Positions 22,601 through 37,600 of a stretch of DNA of 64,000 nt are shown here, piece after piece. The position numbers and the translations under genes were made by a program. The notes under the pieces are model-generated. The model saw nothing but the letters and a program-made list of their open reading frames with translations, had not been told where the DNA came from and ran no database searches. The first letter of the stretch is position 1; each line of letters starts with the position of its first letter. This DNA is from Squalus acanthias (Eukaryota). The stretch lies in contig JASTWF010000037.1 in NCBI GenBank assembly GCA_030390025.1, forward strand, positions 434,001 through 498,000. The letters run 5' to 3'.

Positions 22601-25600
22601 ACCTTGAAGTTCCTACTGGATAGTAGGGCACTGTAGAGCAGAGCTGGTGCAAACTGCATCTCCTCATGTTCTCCCAGCCCACTAGAGGTGGTGGGCAGGA
22701 GAAACCAAATTCCCAGCCAAGGGTAATGGTGGGAGACTCTCTCCATTTATTCCCTCGCTTGGAGTAGAATATGGTGTTCTGCAGGGGGTTGAAAATAATT
22801 GTCCCTTGTTGCTGGGAGGGTCTAATTATTGTGTGGCTTTGTTAGGGGAGGGTGGAGTGGCTTTATCCATTTGATAGTGGGCAGAAAAGGCAAGGTTTAC
22901 TTGAACGATGTGATCTAAATTACACTGAGTGAGAAGGGACTGGATCTGGTCTCAAGAACCCAACTTTCCCCCCAAGGATTTTTGGGGATGTAATAAACTG
23001 TTTGCCATCTAAGATGGTGACTCTTTGCTCTTCCCACTCCTTGTAGCAAGCCACTTCATTTCTGCTTGCCATATTCAAGCATCCTTGTAGTAGCCCTTCT
23101 ACATGACTCTTTAGTGGACAATGCCAAAGTCATCTTCACATTCCACCATAGCAGCTTGAGAGTTGGAGTGAAAAGCTGGCACCAGGTGAAAGTGACTATG
23201 AAGCTGTCAGCTTGTGATAGTAAAACCCATCTGATTCACTAATGTCCTTTTTAGGGCAGTAAACATGTCATCTTTACCCAGTCCCACACTGACTTGGTTG
23301 ACTCTTTAACTTGCCTCTTAAGTGGCAAGCCACTTGGTTGTATCAAGAAGGTCTGCTACCTTCTCTAGGGATGGCCAATAAATGCCAGCCTTGCCACCTG
23401 ACCTATGCTTGAACTGATATGAGGGGCAAGTTGGCTAAGTAGATTGGGGAAACTACATTAAAAGGTATGATGGTAGACAAGCAATGGCTAGCATTTAAGA
23501 ATAATACACTTTCAACAAATATTCATTCCTTAAGACACAAACCCCCCTGGAAAAGTGGTCCACCTATGGCTAACAGAAGTTAAAGATAGTATTGGATCAG
23601 AGGCTTATAATGTTGGGTAGAGTCAACACTAATTTTATGAAAAGGGAAATCGCATTTGATGAATCTGGTAGTTTTTTGAGGTTGTAACTAGCAGCGTAGA
23701 TAAGGGGGACCAGTGGATGTGGTGTATTTGAATTTTCAGAAGGCATTTGATAAAGTGCCACACGAGGTTATTAAACAAAATGAGGGCTCATGCGATTAGG
23801 GGTAATATACTAGCATGGATTGAAGATTTGTTAACGGACAGAAAATAGTAGGAATAAACCAGTCATTTTCAAGTTGGCAGGCTAACTAGTTGGGTAGCGC
23901 AAGGATCAGTGCTTGGGCCTCAGCTATTCAATCTACATTAATGATTTGGATGAGGGGACCAAATGTAATATACTCAAGTTTGCTGATATAAAGCTGGGTG
24001 GGAATGTAAGATGCAAGGAGGCTTCAAGAGGATATCAACAAGCTAAGTGAGTTGGCAAGAACATGGCAAATGGAATATAATGTGGAGAAATGTGAACTTA
24101 TCCACTTTGGGGGGGGGGGAAGAAATAGAAAAGCAGTCGTTTTTTAAATGGTGAGATTGGGAAATGTTAGTGTTCAGAGGGACCTGGGTGTCCTTGTACA
24201 AGAATCACAAAGTAAATATGCAAGTACAGCAAGCAATTAAGAAAGCAAATGGTATGTTGGCCTTTATTACAAGAGGATTTGAGTAAGTGAAGATTTCTTG
24301 CTGCAATTATATAGGGCCCTGGGGAGATCACACCTGGAGTATTGTGTACAGTTTTGGTCTCCTTACCTAAGGCAGGATATACTTTCCATAGAGGGAGTGC
24401 AATGAAGGTTCACAGACTGATTCTTGGGATGGGGTCTTGTCCTAGGAGGAGATTGAGTAGCCTAGACCTATATTCTCGCGTTTAGAAGAATTAGGTGATC
24501 TCATTGAAACATACAAAATTCTTACAGGGCTTGACTGGGTAGCTGTAGGAAGGTTGCTCCCCTGGCTGGGGAGGCTATAACCAGGGGTTGCAGTCTTGGA
24601 ATAAGGGGTCAGCCGTTTAGGACTGATGAGAAATTTCTTCACTCAGAGGTTGGTGAATCTTTTGGAGTTCTCTACCCCACAGGGCTGTGGATGCTCAGTA
24701 TATTCAAGCCTGAGATCGTCTTTTTTTTTTGAGATTGAGGGATATGGGGATAGTGGAGTTGCGGTAGATCAGCCATGATCTTCTTGAATGGCGGAGCAGC
24801 CTCGAGGGACAGAATGGCCTGCTCCTTATGTTCTGACCTATAAACTAGGGTTTTGTTGCTGCCCCTTGAGACTGGTTTGATGTCACTCTCCTAGAGTGGT
24901 TGCAGGCAATGGCATTGTCCTATGCAAAAGGTTAAACTATAAGGACAAGTTGCATATACTTGGCTTGTGTTCCCTGAGAAGGTTGAGATGATATCGCGCT
25001 GTTTAAAAGGTAAAAGGACTCTGGTAGATGGCAAGAAACCTGTTGTCCCTGTTCCTGATCTGTCCCACCTCAACACAGTTGACTCTTGCTGTCCTCTGGT
25101 GGCCAAGCAAGCCACTCTAGTTTCATCAATAGGGATGGGCAGGGCAATAAATACAAGTGATGCCCACATCTGGAGAATGAATTGAAAAGATGAAAAACTA
25201 TTGGATCTCCATGTGCCAAGTTGATCTTTAGAAAACTCTCATTTAACTTCTAACTGAGGTAATTGCTGATCTTGTAGGTGAGTCCTTTTTATTCATGTTC
25301 ATTCTCATCTTTTTAGAATGATGAAACCTTTTCACTCAACATTCATCTAAATGTTGGGAGTCAGTTCATTCCTGGTCTATTCTCCAGCTATGTTTTTCCC
25401 ATGACCTGTGGACTTGAATATCAATGGAGTTCCAGGGAAATAGTTTGTGAAGAGAACTACATGGAGGTAAAGATTATTTTGATGCGTCTTTTCAATATCT
25501 TGTGTCCAGCTTGCAATAGCATGGTATGACTAAATGTCTACACCAAAAAATTGAGCTTGATGTAATCACCCATGTATCAATGGGCACTTCTTGGACACAA

Positions 25601-28600
25601 ACAGGCCATTTGGCCTAACTGGTTTCTGCTGGTGTTTATGCTCCATCTCCCTACCCCCCTCTGCATATCCTTCTATTCCTTTTTCCCTCATGTACACTTA
25701 TGTAGCTTCCCCTTAAATGCATCTGCTATTCACCTCACCTACTCCATGTGGTTGAGTTCCACAATCTTGCCACTATCTGGGTAAAGAAGTTTCTCTTGAA
25801 TTCCCTATTGGATTTATTAGTGACTATCTTGTATTTATGCCCCTAGTGCTGGTCTCCTCCACCCCTGCACAGTGGCAACATCTTTGTCTATTATAATGAG
25901 TTCAATAGAATAAAGACCTCTATTGGCTCACCCCTCAGCCTTATTTTTCTAGTGCAGAGAGCACCAGCCTATTCAGTCTTTACCCATGGATATAACCTCA
26001 ATTCTTTTATCATCCTTGTAAATCTTTTGCTCCTTCTCCAGTGCCTCTATCCTTACCTTCTGCTTGCTGCTGGTAATTGGCACACCCAGGTCTCCTACAG
26101 CACAGAGATTTCTAATCTAATACAACTTTCTCCTTGCAAACCCTCTGGTCTAGGTCTGGTCCTAGTGTCTAGTCTAGTAATACAAAGCGGTTGTCTTGAC
26201 TGCATGATTGCTGACTTTTATTTCCAATAGGTTTCTGTTCGGAGATTGTTTCCTGGTATTGCTGAAGAACAAATGGAAATGGAGGACTGGGAAGCGGTTA
26301 TTCCTGCAGTAAGTACTTTACTTGGCCTCTCTCTGGCAGAATCTCCCACAGCCCAGTTGATGCAGTAACCTTTGTGGTCTCCCTTGTAACACCTTGAGAC
26401 TGCAGTAATCAATACTGATGCAAGACTAGGATTACTTGGCACACTAATCCAGCCAAGCTGTTCAAAAATTTGAGGGATTTGGATGGAGTAAATAGGGAGA
26501 AACTGTTTCCCTGGTGGCAGGAGGGTCAGGAACCAGTAGAATCAGATTGGAGTTAATTGACAAAGAACCAGAGGGAGTGGCGATGGTTTTTTATATGCAG
26601 CAAGATGTGATTGGGACTGTACTGGCAGTGGAAGCAGCTTCAATGGTCCTTTCAAAAGGGAGTTGGATAGTTACTCAAAGGAGAAATGTGCAGGGAGAGT
26701 GGGATTAACTGAATGGATCTTTCAAAAGCAAGCATGATGGGCCAAATGGCCACCTGTGCGATCAAAAGGCAAAATTGTAACCTACTCCTGCAGGTCAAAG
26801 ATTAGGGGGACTTTGGAGGGGGGGGAAATTCAGTTGCTTTGCACCTCCCATTAGCACCAATAGGGCACAAAGCAACTGGTACCCTGGCACGGCAATGTTT
26901 GCACCATTCACGAAATTGACCAGCTATTTTGCAGCAGTGCTGAACACTACTGCCACGATCTCCTGCACCCACAGATCATGACGTCAGTTAAGCGTGTAGT
27001 GCCCCGGACAGGATATTGAGTGGCTCTGCCTGCCACTAGCAATGACAGGTTGAGGGGAGCATCTTGCCGTTGGGCAGGGACTGGGAGTACTATTTAAAGG
27101 TGGCCGCTTCCTGCCTCTTTTTGTCAGTGACATTTTTGCACCATGCATTCAGACTTCTGGAGCTATTCAATGCTGTTGTGAAGGAGTTTTGGGTAATGAG
27201 CAGTACTTTGCAGGTTCATTTTGATTTGACCTTCCTTACATTGATTTAGAGACTGTGGGGGCTGCACTCTGAGCTCTTTCCCTGGGCCCCTCCATTGTTC
27301 TTTCCAGCAGGTTTGATGTAAAAGTCTCCCCAGGCAGAGATTCAAGGCTGCAATGAACAGGGTGTGGATGGAGAGCAAGAGTGACCTGCCCCTTAAGAAC
27401 TAGTTGGCACCAGTGTCTGTTCCCTTGCTGACCATCACATGAGCTTCACCAGTGCTGAGTTAGCACCTCACTCCTCAGCATTAGTGTTTTGAAGTGTGTA
27501 GTGCCTGATTTGCACTCCAATCACCTCCAGGGGCGATGGAAGCCAAATTTGAAGTTGAAGGTGATAATTAGCGCCAGGTGCTAAACTTTGCACCTGGCCG
27601 ATAATTGTGCCCCAAATGGGGTGATACTGAATTTCTTTCCCTATCACTAATCCTATCTTAACTCTGGAATCTCAAACAATTATTGGGGAGGATGATAGTC
27701 TGCATCTAACTAACTGTAATGTCCTGATATCTATCTAGTAACTAGATCAGACATGTAAACCATTTCTGTTGAAGGGTGAGAAGTTGTGGTTTGGAAACAA
27801 AGGCCTATGCTGCTAGATTTGAGCTTCTCTCCAGATCTCTGCTCTATAGGATGGTACCCAATATCTTGACTTGTGTTCCAGGCTCAGGAGGCCATAACCT
27901 CAGTCTGGCAGATTGTGTTCCAAGTGAGTGAAGGAGAAAGCACACGGCTGGAGACCATGACCACCACAGAAGCGCATGCCCTTGGCTATGGGGTCAACAC
28001 CACTGCCTCGCGGGTTGTGTTCCGAGCCCCTTACAAGTCCAATGAATCCAGTATTGAAATGGTAAGTGGCGTTGGAAGCTGAGCTCTAGCTGGTTTCCCA
28101 GACTTGTTGAACGGTATTGTGCACCAGGGCTACATCTGTCTAAAGTGAGCTGAATAAACCAGCTTGGGTCTATCTCTAACACAACTGCTGCAATAACTGA
28201 TTCCATGTTGACTTCATTAACTAAGACTTGATGGCTGAGGACATCCCCACTCCTTGATGTTCCAATGTCAATTAAGTACTTTTGAAGGTAGTCACTGTTG
28301 TAATGCAGGAAACATGGCAGCCAATTTGTGCACAAACAGCAATTAAATAAATGACCAGATAATTTAATATTTGAGGATGGATATTGGCCCAAGGCACAGA
28401 CCACTCACCTGCTCTTTGAAATAATGCCATGGGATCTTTTACATCCACCTGAGGGCAGGTGGGTCCTCAGTTTAATGTCTCTTCCAAAAGACCACACCTC
28501 AGCCAGTGCAGCACTCCCTCAGTACTGGAAGTGTCAACCTGGATTATGGGCTCAAGTCTGTGGCATGGGGCATGAACCCACAACTTTCTGATTGAGGCAA

Positions 28601-31600
28601 GTGTGTGACACATGGCTGACAAGCTGATGTAGTAACTTGGAAGTGCAAAGGACCAGAAAAGTGGGTCAAAGTAGAGAAAATAATCTCTCTCCTGTAATAG
28701 GCACCAAGCCAATTAACTGTGTTGGCCGTCACTTCCCTGAACTGTCGTCCTCATGCCCTGACTGCCAGGGAATGCATCCCAGCTGAGTTGTTAGTTTATC
28801 AAGTTTGCTTTAGTTATACTACCTCTTTTTTTATTTTTTTATTTTAAGATTGACAACATGCCAGTTGAAAGCATCAAGGCGACTGTGTTCTACAAGCAAA
28901 GGTGGCTGATTCTGCTAGTTGACAGCTCAACTGCTTGTCCTATTGGTAAGTACGCTGTGAGCTCCACATCATCACTGCCTCCTGATCTGAAGTTCCTATC
29001 TGGTTGCTCCTGTGCTGTAGAATCCTGGAATAGTACAGCACAGAAGGAGGCCATTTGAGTGTGCCAGCTTGTTTGAATGGTGCACGTTCCATTTTGGCAC
29101 CCATGATGAAACACACCAAGGTTGGGGGGGCCAATAATTGGCCATCCTTGTACTAATCCTTCCATCCACATTGGGATGGAAATTGGAACATTAACTTTTT
29201 TATTTGATTATGGGAATGTGGGTATTGCTGGCATTAATTGCCCTTTGAAGGTGGTGAGCCACCTTCTTAAACTGCTGCAGTGTCTGTGATGAAGGTATTC
29301 CCACTGCTTTGAGCACTCCCACTTTTGCCCCCCTACCCCAGAGGTTTGTAGTTGCTACCAATGATGGAACCCCTTAAATTCTCTTTCAGGTCCTGCCATC
29401 TTCAAAGACAACCAGCTAGTTTGGTCCACACCAAGGATTTTGACACCAGTGGTGTTTCCTGCCAACATAACTGCGGACATAATTGCCATGGGCGTTGATG
29501 GACACTTTCTGGATGACAAGACTCTGGTAAAAAGGGGCTATGAGCTGTATGTCAACAATTCTGTCATCGCCATTGTTGTCCCAGTTGGAGCAGAAGGTGG
29601 CTTGAGCAAGGTAGGTGGTCTTGGGCTAGAGCAAGGCTGGTGGTCTAAAGCAAGTCTAGACTTGAGGCAATAAATGCTTTAGGCTGCCCTATGTAGTCTG
29701 TCAGTTCTAGGCTTTCCTCTTGCTAATGGGCAATCTGTCTCTTAAACCCCCCTCTCTTGTATTCCCAATATAGCCAGAGCATAGACTTCAATGATTCCTG
29801 TAACTTGTTCTCAATCTACTGACTGTTATCTAATTCCAGTTAATTTAACTTCTATCAACTGACCACTCAAGGGGTGGGGGGGAAATGCTCCCAGCTGCAG
29901 TGTTTAAAAACTTGACACCATTGCTTCCCTGATTACCATCACTCCACCATTGGCAGATGTGCCTTCAGCTGCCTAAGCCCCAAACTTTAATTGCCTCTCA
30001 GCCTCCACCTTTAACCTATGTCTTCGGCCAGCTTTTGGTCCCCTGTCCCAATATCCTCGAGTGGTTTGGTGTCTAATTTTTGTCTTGATGCTCCAAGTAC
30101 CTTTGAACACTTGCTATATAAATGCTCATTGTAGGATTGTGGTAAAGCAGCAGAGTTTGAGGTTTGTGCTCCATTGTATCTTCCAAGGGAGGGAAGCTAG
30201 TCTTGGATCAGAACATAAGAGCAGGAGTAGGCCATACAGCCTCTCCAGCCTGCCATTCAATAAGATCATAGCTGATCATTGATCTCAACTCCCCTTTCCT
30301 GCCTGATCTCCATATCCCTTGATTCTCCTAGAGTCCAAAAATCTATCAATCTCAGCCTTGGATATACTCAGACTCTGCATTCACAGCCCTCTGGGGCAGA
30401 GAATTCCAAAGATTCACAACCTGCTCTCAATGCCTCCATCTCCGTCTTAAATGACCAACCCCTTATCCTGAGACTATGCCCCCTAGTTCTAGACACTCCA
30501 GCCAGGGGACACAACCCCCTTCTGCATCTACCCTGTCAATCCCCTTCAGGCTCTTGTATGTTTCAATGAGATCACCTCTCATTCTTAACTCCAGAGAGCA
30601 TAGCCCCATTCTACACAATCTCATCATAGGACAGCCCTCATTCCAGGAAACAATTTAGTGAGCCTTCATTGCACCGCCTCCAAGGAATGTATATCCTTCT
30701 TTTAAATAAGGAGACCAAAACAGTGCAATACTTCAGGTGTGGTCTCCAAGGTGAACACCACTAGCCAAACAACTTTCTTCCCAGGACCAACCTCTATGTA
30801 GCAGAAAATAACTAAATTTAAAAACTTGCAGCTATGTGGTGGCCTGAAGACTACCTACACACAATCCATGGGCTTGGATCTACATGGACCATGTTCTTCA
30901 ATTTAGAATTCACTCACTTTAAAGCCCTGTGGCACAACACTGCTTCTGAAGTCAATGTATTAAATCTACACTACTCTCCTAAAATGTGCATCAATTGAGT
31001 ATCGTGTATTCACTAGCAAGACTTTATTGACACTCCATATACCTTCACTCCCTCCACCACCGACGCACCATTGCTGCAGTCTACCATCTACAAGAGGCAC
31101 GGCACAACTTGCCAAGGCTGCTGCTTGGGTCGCACCTCCCAAACCTGCAATCTCCATGGACAAGGACAGCAGGTGTAGAACACCACGTGCAAGTTCTCAG
31201 TCACACACCATCCTGACTTGGAAATATCACTGTTCCTTTGTCACTGGGTCTAACTCCCTCCCTACGGCACTGTGGGAGTAACTTTACCATATGGACTAGA
31301 GCCGTTCAAGAAGGTGGCTCACCACCTTCTTGTGGGCAATTGGGGATGGGCAATAAATGTTGGCCTTGCCAATGACACCCACATTAAATGAATAAAAAAG
31401 CACCTTGGGCTTAATTAGTAGAATTGGCTGTCCAACTAGTCCCTTCCATAAAATATCAATAAGCATAACTTGGCCATATACTAATTGGTTCAACCTTTGT
31501 ATGATGGGGGTGGGGTGCTATTAAACACTCTGAACATGCTAATCATATAGCATTCTTTTTCTTCCTTCAGAGTCGAGTGATTAACAACACCTATGGCGTT

Positions 31601-34600
31601 GTTTACAGCATCCACTTGCTTCTGGAGCACCAGTGGTTGGACCATCTGCAGGAGTTGACTCAGCACCGAGTGTTTCGCCCAGCAGCTACTCCTTTCATCC
31701 CTAAAGTTCCAACTTTCATTGGTGAGCGTTGCTTTATTAAAAGAATGAACTAGTGTTTGGTGCAAAGCATCTTGTGTAAGAAGGACTTTCCTTAAACACC
31801 TTTCATGACTTCATTGGCTGTAAAGAACTTTGGGACATCCTGAGGTACTTTGGAAGTGTAGTCGCTGTTGTCATGTAGGAGCAGCAGCCAATTTGTGCAC
31901 AGCAAGCTCCCACAAACAGCAATGTGATAATGACCAGATAATCTTGCTTTATTGGTGGTTGAGGGATTAAATATTGGCCCAGGACTTTGGGGTGAACTCC
32001 CCTGCTCTTCAAATTTAGTGCCACAGGAACTTTTACATTTACCTGAGGGGACAAGACTAACAGTACCTTTTGGCAGTGCAGTGCTCCCTCAGTACTGCAC
32101 TAGGAGTGTCATCCTGGATTTTTGTACTCCAGTCCACATGGAGTAGTGGCTTGAACCCACAACCTTCTGACTCGGATGAGGGTGCGACCCAGAGTCCTTC
32201 AGCAATGTGCCTGATTCTGTTTTTTGACTGGACAAGTAGGTTCAAATTGCCCCCTGTGTCACAATGAGACTCGCTCATTCAGGAGTGGGCGAGCATTTGA
32301 AACTAGTTATTTGGCAGTACCACCAAGCCCTAAAAGCAAAACTGACATCTAATCAAGCACTTTTTTTCAGATACTGATCCCATTGATGTATCTCGTCCTA
32401 AAGAACATTTCAACATCTCAGTGGGGCCATTCCTTCCCGATGTGGAGCTGGTGTCTGTTACAGTAGGAAACAAGAATTTGACATTGGATGACCTAAAAAC
32501 ACTTGGCTATGATATTCACACTGTTGTCTATCCTAATGGCACCATAGGCTTCATCATAGTGGTTGATGTTGGAGCACCTTCCATCAAACAGCAGGTACTG
32601 TCTAATTTCATCAACACATGATGGGGTGGTGCTTCAATCTTCAACTAGAGCAACTTTGAGTGCAACTGTGGGGGGGGGGGGGCTTCCATCTTCAGTTGGC
32701 AACTATACATCCTTTGTTTCCTCATCTTTAGCACAATCCTATCGATACTTGTCTAGTTACAAGATGTGGGTGGGGTGCTTGCAAAAAGACACGGTTGCGT
32801 CTTGCTCAAGGGGGGGGGGAAATTGACTTTTTTTGCAATGCTGACCCTTGCAAAATAAGTGACACCTGCAGTTGTCCTACGCCAAGTCAATACCAAGACA
32901 CTTGTTATCCATCTTTCCCACACCAAGCTCTTGCCTTCAACCAGTTGCAGTATAAGTGGTACTGGCTGAGATCTAGAAGCTCATTCCTTCACCCTGGACA
33001 TGGTGCTTAGATCCAATTCACCTTGATAGATTTAGTGCAGTTGTCCACTTGTCTTCATTGTTCCTTTGCTAATTACAGGTAGGAAGCCTTAACTGTGTAG
33101 CTTTCTGTAAATAGTTTTTTAATTCTTTCCCTAGTATCTCTATGATGACATCAGAAGATACACTATGAACATGACTTTAATCTTCAAGCTAGTACCAGAT
33201 GAGGAGGTCTTCACTGTCCCAGTGGTAATAACAGACGATGTGCATGATGTTGGTGAGTAAAGTTTGCTTCTCCGGATATGAATGCCATGCCTTTTGGGGA
33301 AGGGTCTACAGACAACCCTAGCCCCCACTAATGGGAGGGCTTGTAAAGCAGCAATATTTGAACACAATTAGCTGACCTTCAGGTGGGGGGGTGTGAAGAC
33401 TTGTGGGTCAATGTGCTTTTGCTTGCTTCCAGCACTAGGATAGATGTGCAAGAAGGCACAGGCCACTTTTATTCCCCTCCCACTGACTGGGCAGGGGAAA
33501 CATCTCTTCCACTCTTCGGGTGAATAGGAGTTTCAAATGTATGGAAGCTTCAAGTCAATGGAAGCTCTACTGTACTAAGATCTAAGCTGGTATGGTTAAT
33601 CTCTAACTCAATATGGGCCACTAATAGTCAATGGCATACAGTCTACACATGGGTACATTGAGGTTTTATCAGGTAGTTGGTAGAGATGGTGCCACTTGTT
33701 TGGGGAGTTCAAAACTAGAGGCCATAAATACAAGATAATCACTAATAAATCCAATGAGGAATTCAGGAGAAACCTCTTTACTCAGTGATGGGAATGTGGA
33801 ACTCACTACCACAAGGAGTGGTTGAGGCAAATAGCTTAGATCCTTTAAGGGGCAGCTAGATAGTACATGAAGAATATGCTGATGGGGTTGGATGAAGTCA
33901 GGTGGGAGAAGGATCATGTGGAGCATAAACACCAGTGTTGGTCCCCAATGGCCTGTTTGTGCAGTAAATGCTATAATTGTCTGTCTGCTAGACCAGACAA
34001 ACTGGGTCCAAGCACCCCTGGGCTCCATCGAAGATCCACAAATTAAATTGCCTGTCACATTGAAATAAAGCTTCTAATCAGACTACTTCAATAACTAATG
34101 TTAACACTAACCTTCCCTTCATCAACCTCTAAGCACCATCTCTGTGCACTGGCTGGAAAAACTCAAATCTGAACAGATTCACCTTTTATTGCTGCTTTGA
34201 CACATTGATCATGCACTAACATCTGGTTTGTAGAGAGGAATAGTAATACACAAACTCATACACTTAAATCCATAATGCTCTCACCCTTTCAAGTACTGGG
34301 TAAAGTAGCTGTCAATCATTTACAAGTGTCATTGTCAAACATCACCAAGGATAGACAGACTCTGCTGTGAGAAGCAGGCGCACACCCATCCTGCTGATCT
34401 CAAAGTAAATACCTGTTTCTCAAAAGCATTATTTAAAGAAAAACACTCTAGGCAGCACTTTCATGAGTTCTAATTTAGATGCAGTCCATGATTACAAATC
34501 CATTTGAAAAGGGGTCCTGCAACTAAATTTGAGAACTGATCTAGATTCTCCCATGTTGGCTTAAGCTGCTATCTCTCTCTCATCTGTTTAGAACTAATCT

Positions 34601-37600
34601 GCCTTTCTTTTTCAGTGCTTCCAGTCATGGTGGGACATTGTGGAGATGATGCATTCTACCTAATGCTGAAACATGGGAATCTGGATTACTACTGGCTTCC
34701 TTATATTGCTGATGAACTCCTTACTTTTGAACTTGCTCAGATGTATGGGTACATGACCATGGACAATGGCACACACTTTTCCTTGGCAGTTCCCGTCTCT
34801 TCACCAGGTGTTATTCATGAGGTACTTTTTATTTGCCTCTTCAATACAAAGTAAACTTGGGACATCGTTTCTTGCTCAATAATTAAACACTTGCTTGCAC
34901 CTCTTCATTAGCTGTAACTACTCCAATCTCTTTCAGGAAATGTCCCTCAATGAAGTGCAATCTAGGCTTGACTTCAACCTGAAGGATAACCAGACATTGG
35001 AGGTGTACAGCAGCTTCACTGTACGATGTACCTTTTCCATCACTCAGGAGGAAATGTTGGGTAAGGATCATGAGCAAGAATTGAGTCGTGTGAGTCTCTG
35101 CCAGTTTGTATTTAAATGTTCTTTAGTTCATGAAATTGTCCAAGGCCTGTTGTGTCAAACCATCTACTTGGGTTTAAGTTCTTGATCATTCTCTCTCCCT
35201 CCATCCAACTTCATGCAGTAAGTCAGTCCATTAACATGGTCAGACTTTAATCTGTACTTGGAATACATCTAGAAACCTTTGTCGAAGTTTCGACTCCCGA
35301 GTAAGACTCTTGAAACCTAAAGTATCGTCAATGACAGGCTTTATTATTTTACTTGCAGCAAGGAGAATGCAAGTAGTCAAAGGCTGCGATGACACACTAA
35401 AGTACATAAGAAAAAGCAGCATTTTTATACACAAAGCAACAGGCTTTTCTATATCATGACATAGCATTGAATCACAACTGATTATAAAAACAAAGTCTGC
35501 AAAAAGAATTAGGAATGTTTAAAGTAAACTCAAAGGTTAGTAGAACAGAAATGCCTTTAAAATAAGATTAGCTAATCCTCTACAGTCATGGAGTCTGTCT
35601 GTTCTTCTTCCACCAAGGCACCTGGAGTCAAAGGCTAATGTTTACTTCTCTGTCCTTGGTTATCTCAAGTTGATTAGAGAAGACTTTGTTCTGTACTAGC
35701 TGCTGAGAAACAGCATGGTCTGCAAAGTTTAAATTTGCTCATGAAGCTATAAACAACTATTTTCTAGGCAAGTCAGTGTTGGCCATTTTGTATCTCTTAT
35801 TCTGTGTCTAGGAAGCCATTTTGTGTCCAAGTAAGAAAATACACTTCCACACCTTTGAGTTCTGACTTGGACTTGGCAGCCAAGTGCATCTTCATCACAT
35901 TGAATATGTAGAACTGAAAAGCATGTATCTTTACAAAAGAGCAGTACACTGCCCAATTCTTTATGTGAATTGTATGGCCAATAATCTGGCTGGTGCAAAT
36001 CACAAGGCAGGAGCAGCTATATGTTGAAACTTAAATTACCAGCATCATTACTCCTGGTAACCTTTCCAATGACTCTCTTTCCAGTGTGTTTTCCAAATGG
36101 TACTGTTGCTGTCACGGTCAAGTCAACAAACACACTTCCTGACATTGATATTGGTAAGCTGGTGCTGAGGGACCCAACCTGTGGCCCCAAAGAACAGGAT
36201 GGAGTGAAGGCGCTCTTTGAGTTTGACATCAACTCATGTGGAACCATCGGAAGGGTAAATTCTTTCTCTTTAGCAACTACTCTTGAGGGGCCTGCAACCG
36301 CTTGTATAAGGTGGGGTGTGGGTTTGGGGGGGGAACTAGCAAGACTAGATTGCCCATTTCCTAGTTGCTAGAGGACATTCAGGGTCAATTCCAGCCTTGA
36401 AGTGGCGTCACACATCAGCCAGGCCAAGTAGGGACAACTCTTCCTTTCTCTCAGACACTAGTGAATCAGTTCTAGCCCACATTTACCAGATTTCTTGCAT
36501 TCAAATTCAACTTGGCATGGGATTTGAGCACTCTACTTCCGGGTTGCTGGTCCAGTACCATAACTGCTAGGCAATTGCCCATTTTAAGGTACGAATAAAT
36601 GCCCTGCTTCCTCTGGCAAGAAGCCCAGTAAATTGACTTGTGAATAGTCCTGGACTGTTGCTAGGATTTCATAAGGTTCAGTTGATTGATCAGTGAAATT
36701 GTGCATTGGTTACTCCTATGCTCTAATAATTGGGAGGCTGGATGGATCTTTACACACCAATTTGCTATCAACTCCAGCTAAGACCTAAAATGAGCCATTT
36801 GGCCCAACTAGTCTTTGCTGGCATTTATGTGCCACACAAGGCTACTTGTTTGGCTTCCCTTAAAATACATCACATTTGCCTCAACTACTCCTTTATGGTA
36901 GAACTGAAGAAAGGAGTCGGCCATTCTTCCCCTTGAGCCTGCTCCACCATTCAATAAGATCATGACTGATCTTTGACCTCCACTCCACTTTATCCCTTGA
37001 TTCCCTTGGTATCTAAATCTATTGCTCTAACTTGAATATATTCAACAACGCCTCCACAGCCCTCGAACAGAATTCCAAAGACTCACCACCCTCAGTGAAG
37101 AAATTTCTCCTTGGTCCTAAATGGCCAACCCCTTACTAGACTGACTCCTGGTTCTAGATCTTCCACCCCCCCCCCCACCCCCCCCCAACCAAGGGAAACA
37201 TCTACCCTGTCAAGCTCTTAGAATTTTGTATGTTTCAATGAGAGCACCTCATTCTTAACTCAAAAGCCTAGTCTACACAATCTCCTCATAGGACAATTTC
37301 CCCCCACCATATCCCAGGAATCCATCTGGTGAACCTTCATTGCACTCAAATATATCCTTCCTTGGGTAAGGAGACAAACTGTACATGATACTCCAGGTGT
37401 GGTCTCACCAGGGCCCTATATAATTGCAGTAAAAAGTCTTCATTCATACTCAAATCCTTTTGTAATAAAAGCCAACCTATTGTGTGCTGTACCTGCATGT
37501 TAACTTTCAGTGATTTGTGCACAAGGACACCCAGGTCCTTCTGAACACCAACATTCCCCAATCTCTCTCCACCAACTCTGCTTTTCTATTTTTCCTACTA

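Noticed and set aside
25278..25283. GTGAGT donor-like site just upstream of ZPAX exon 5
   Set aside because: It directly follows an AG with no exon between, and exons 4 and 5 already join in phase.
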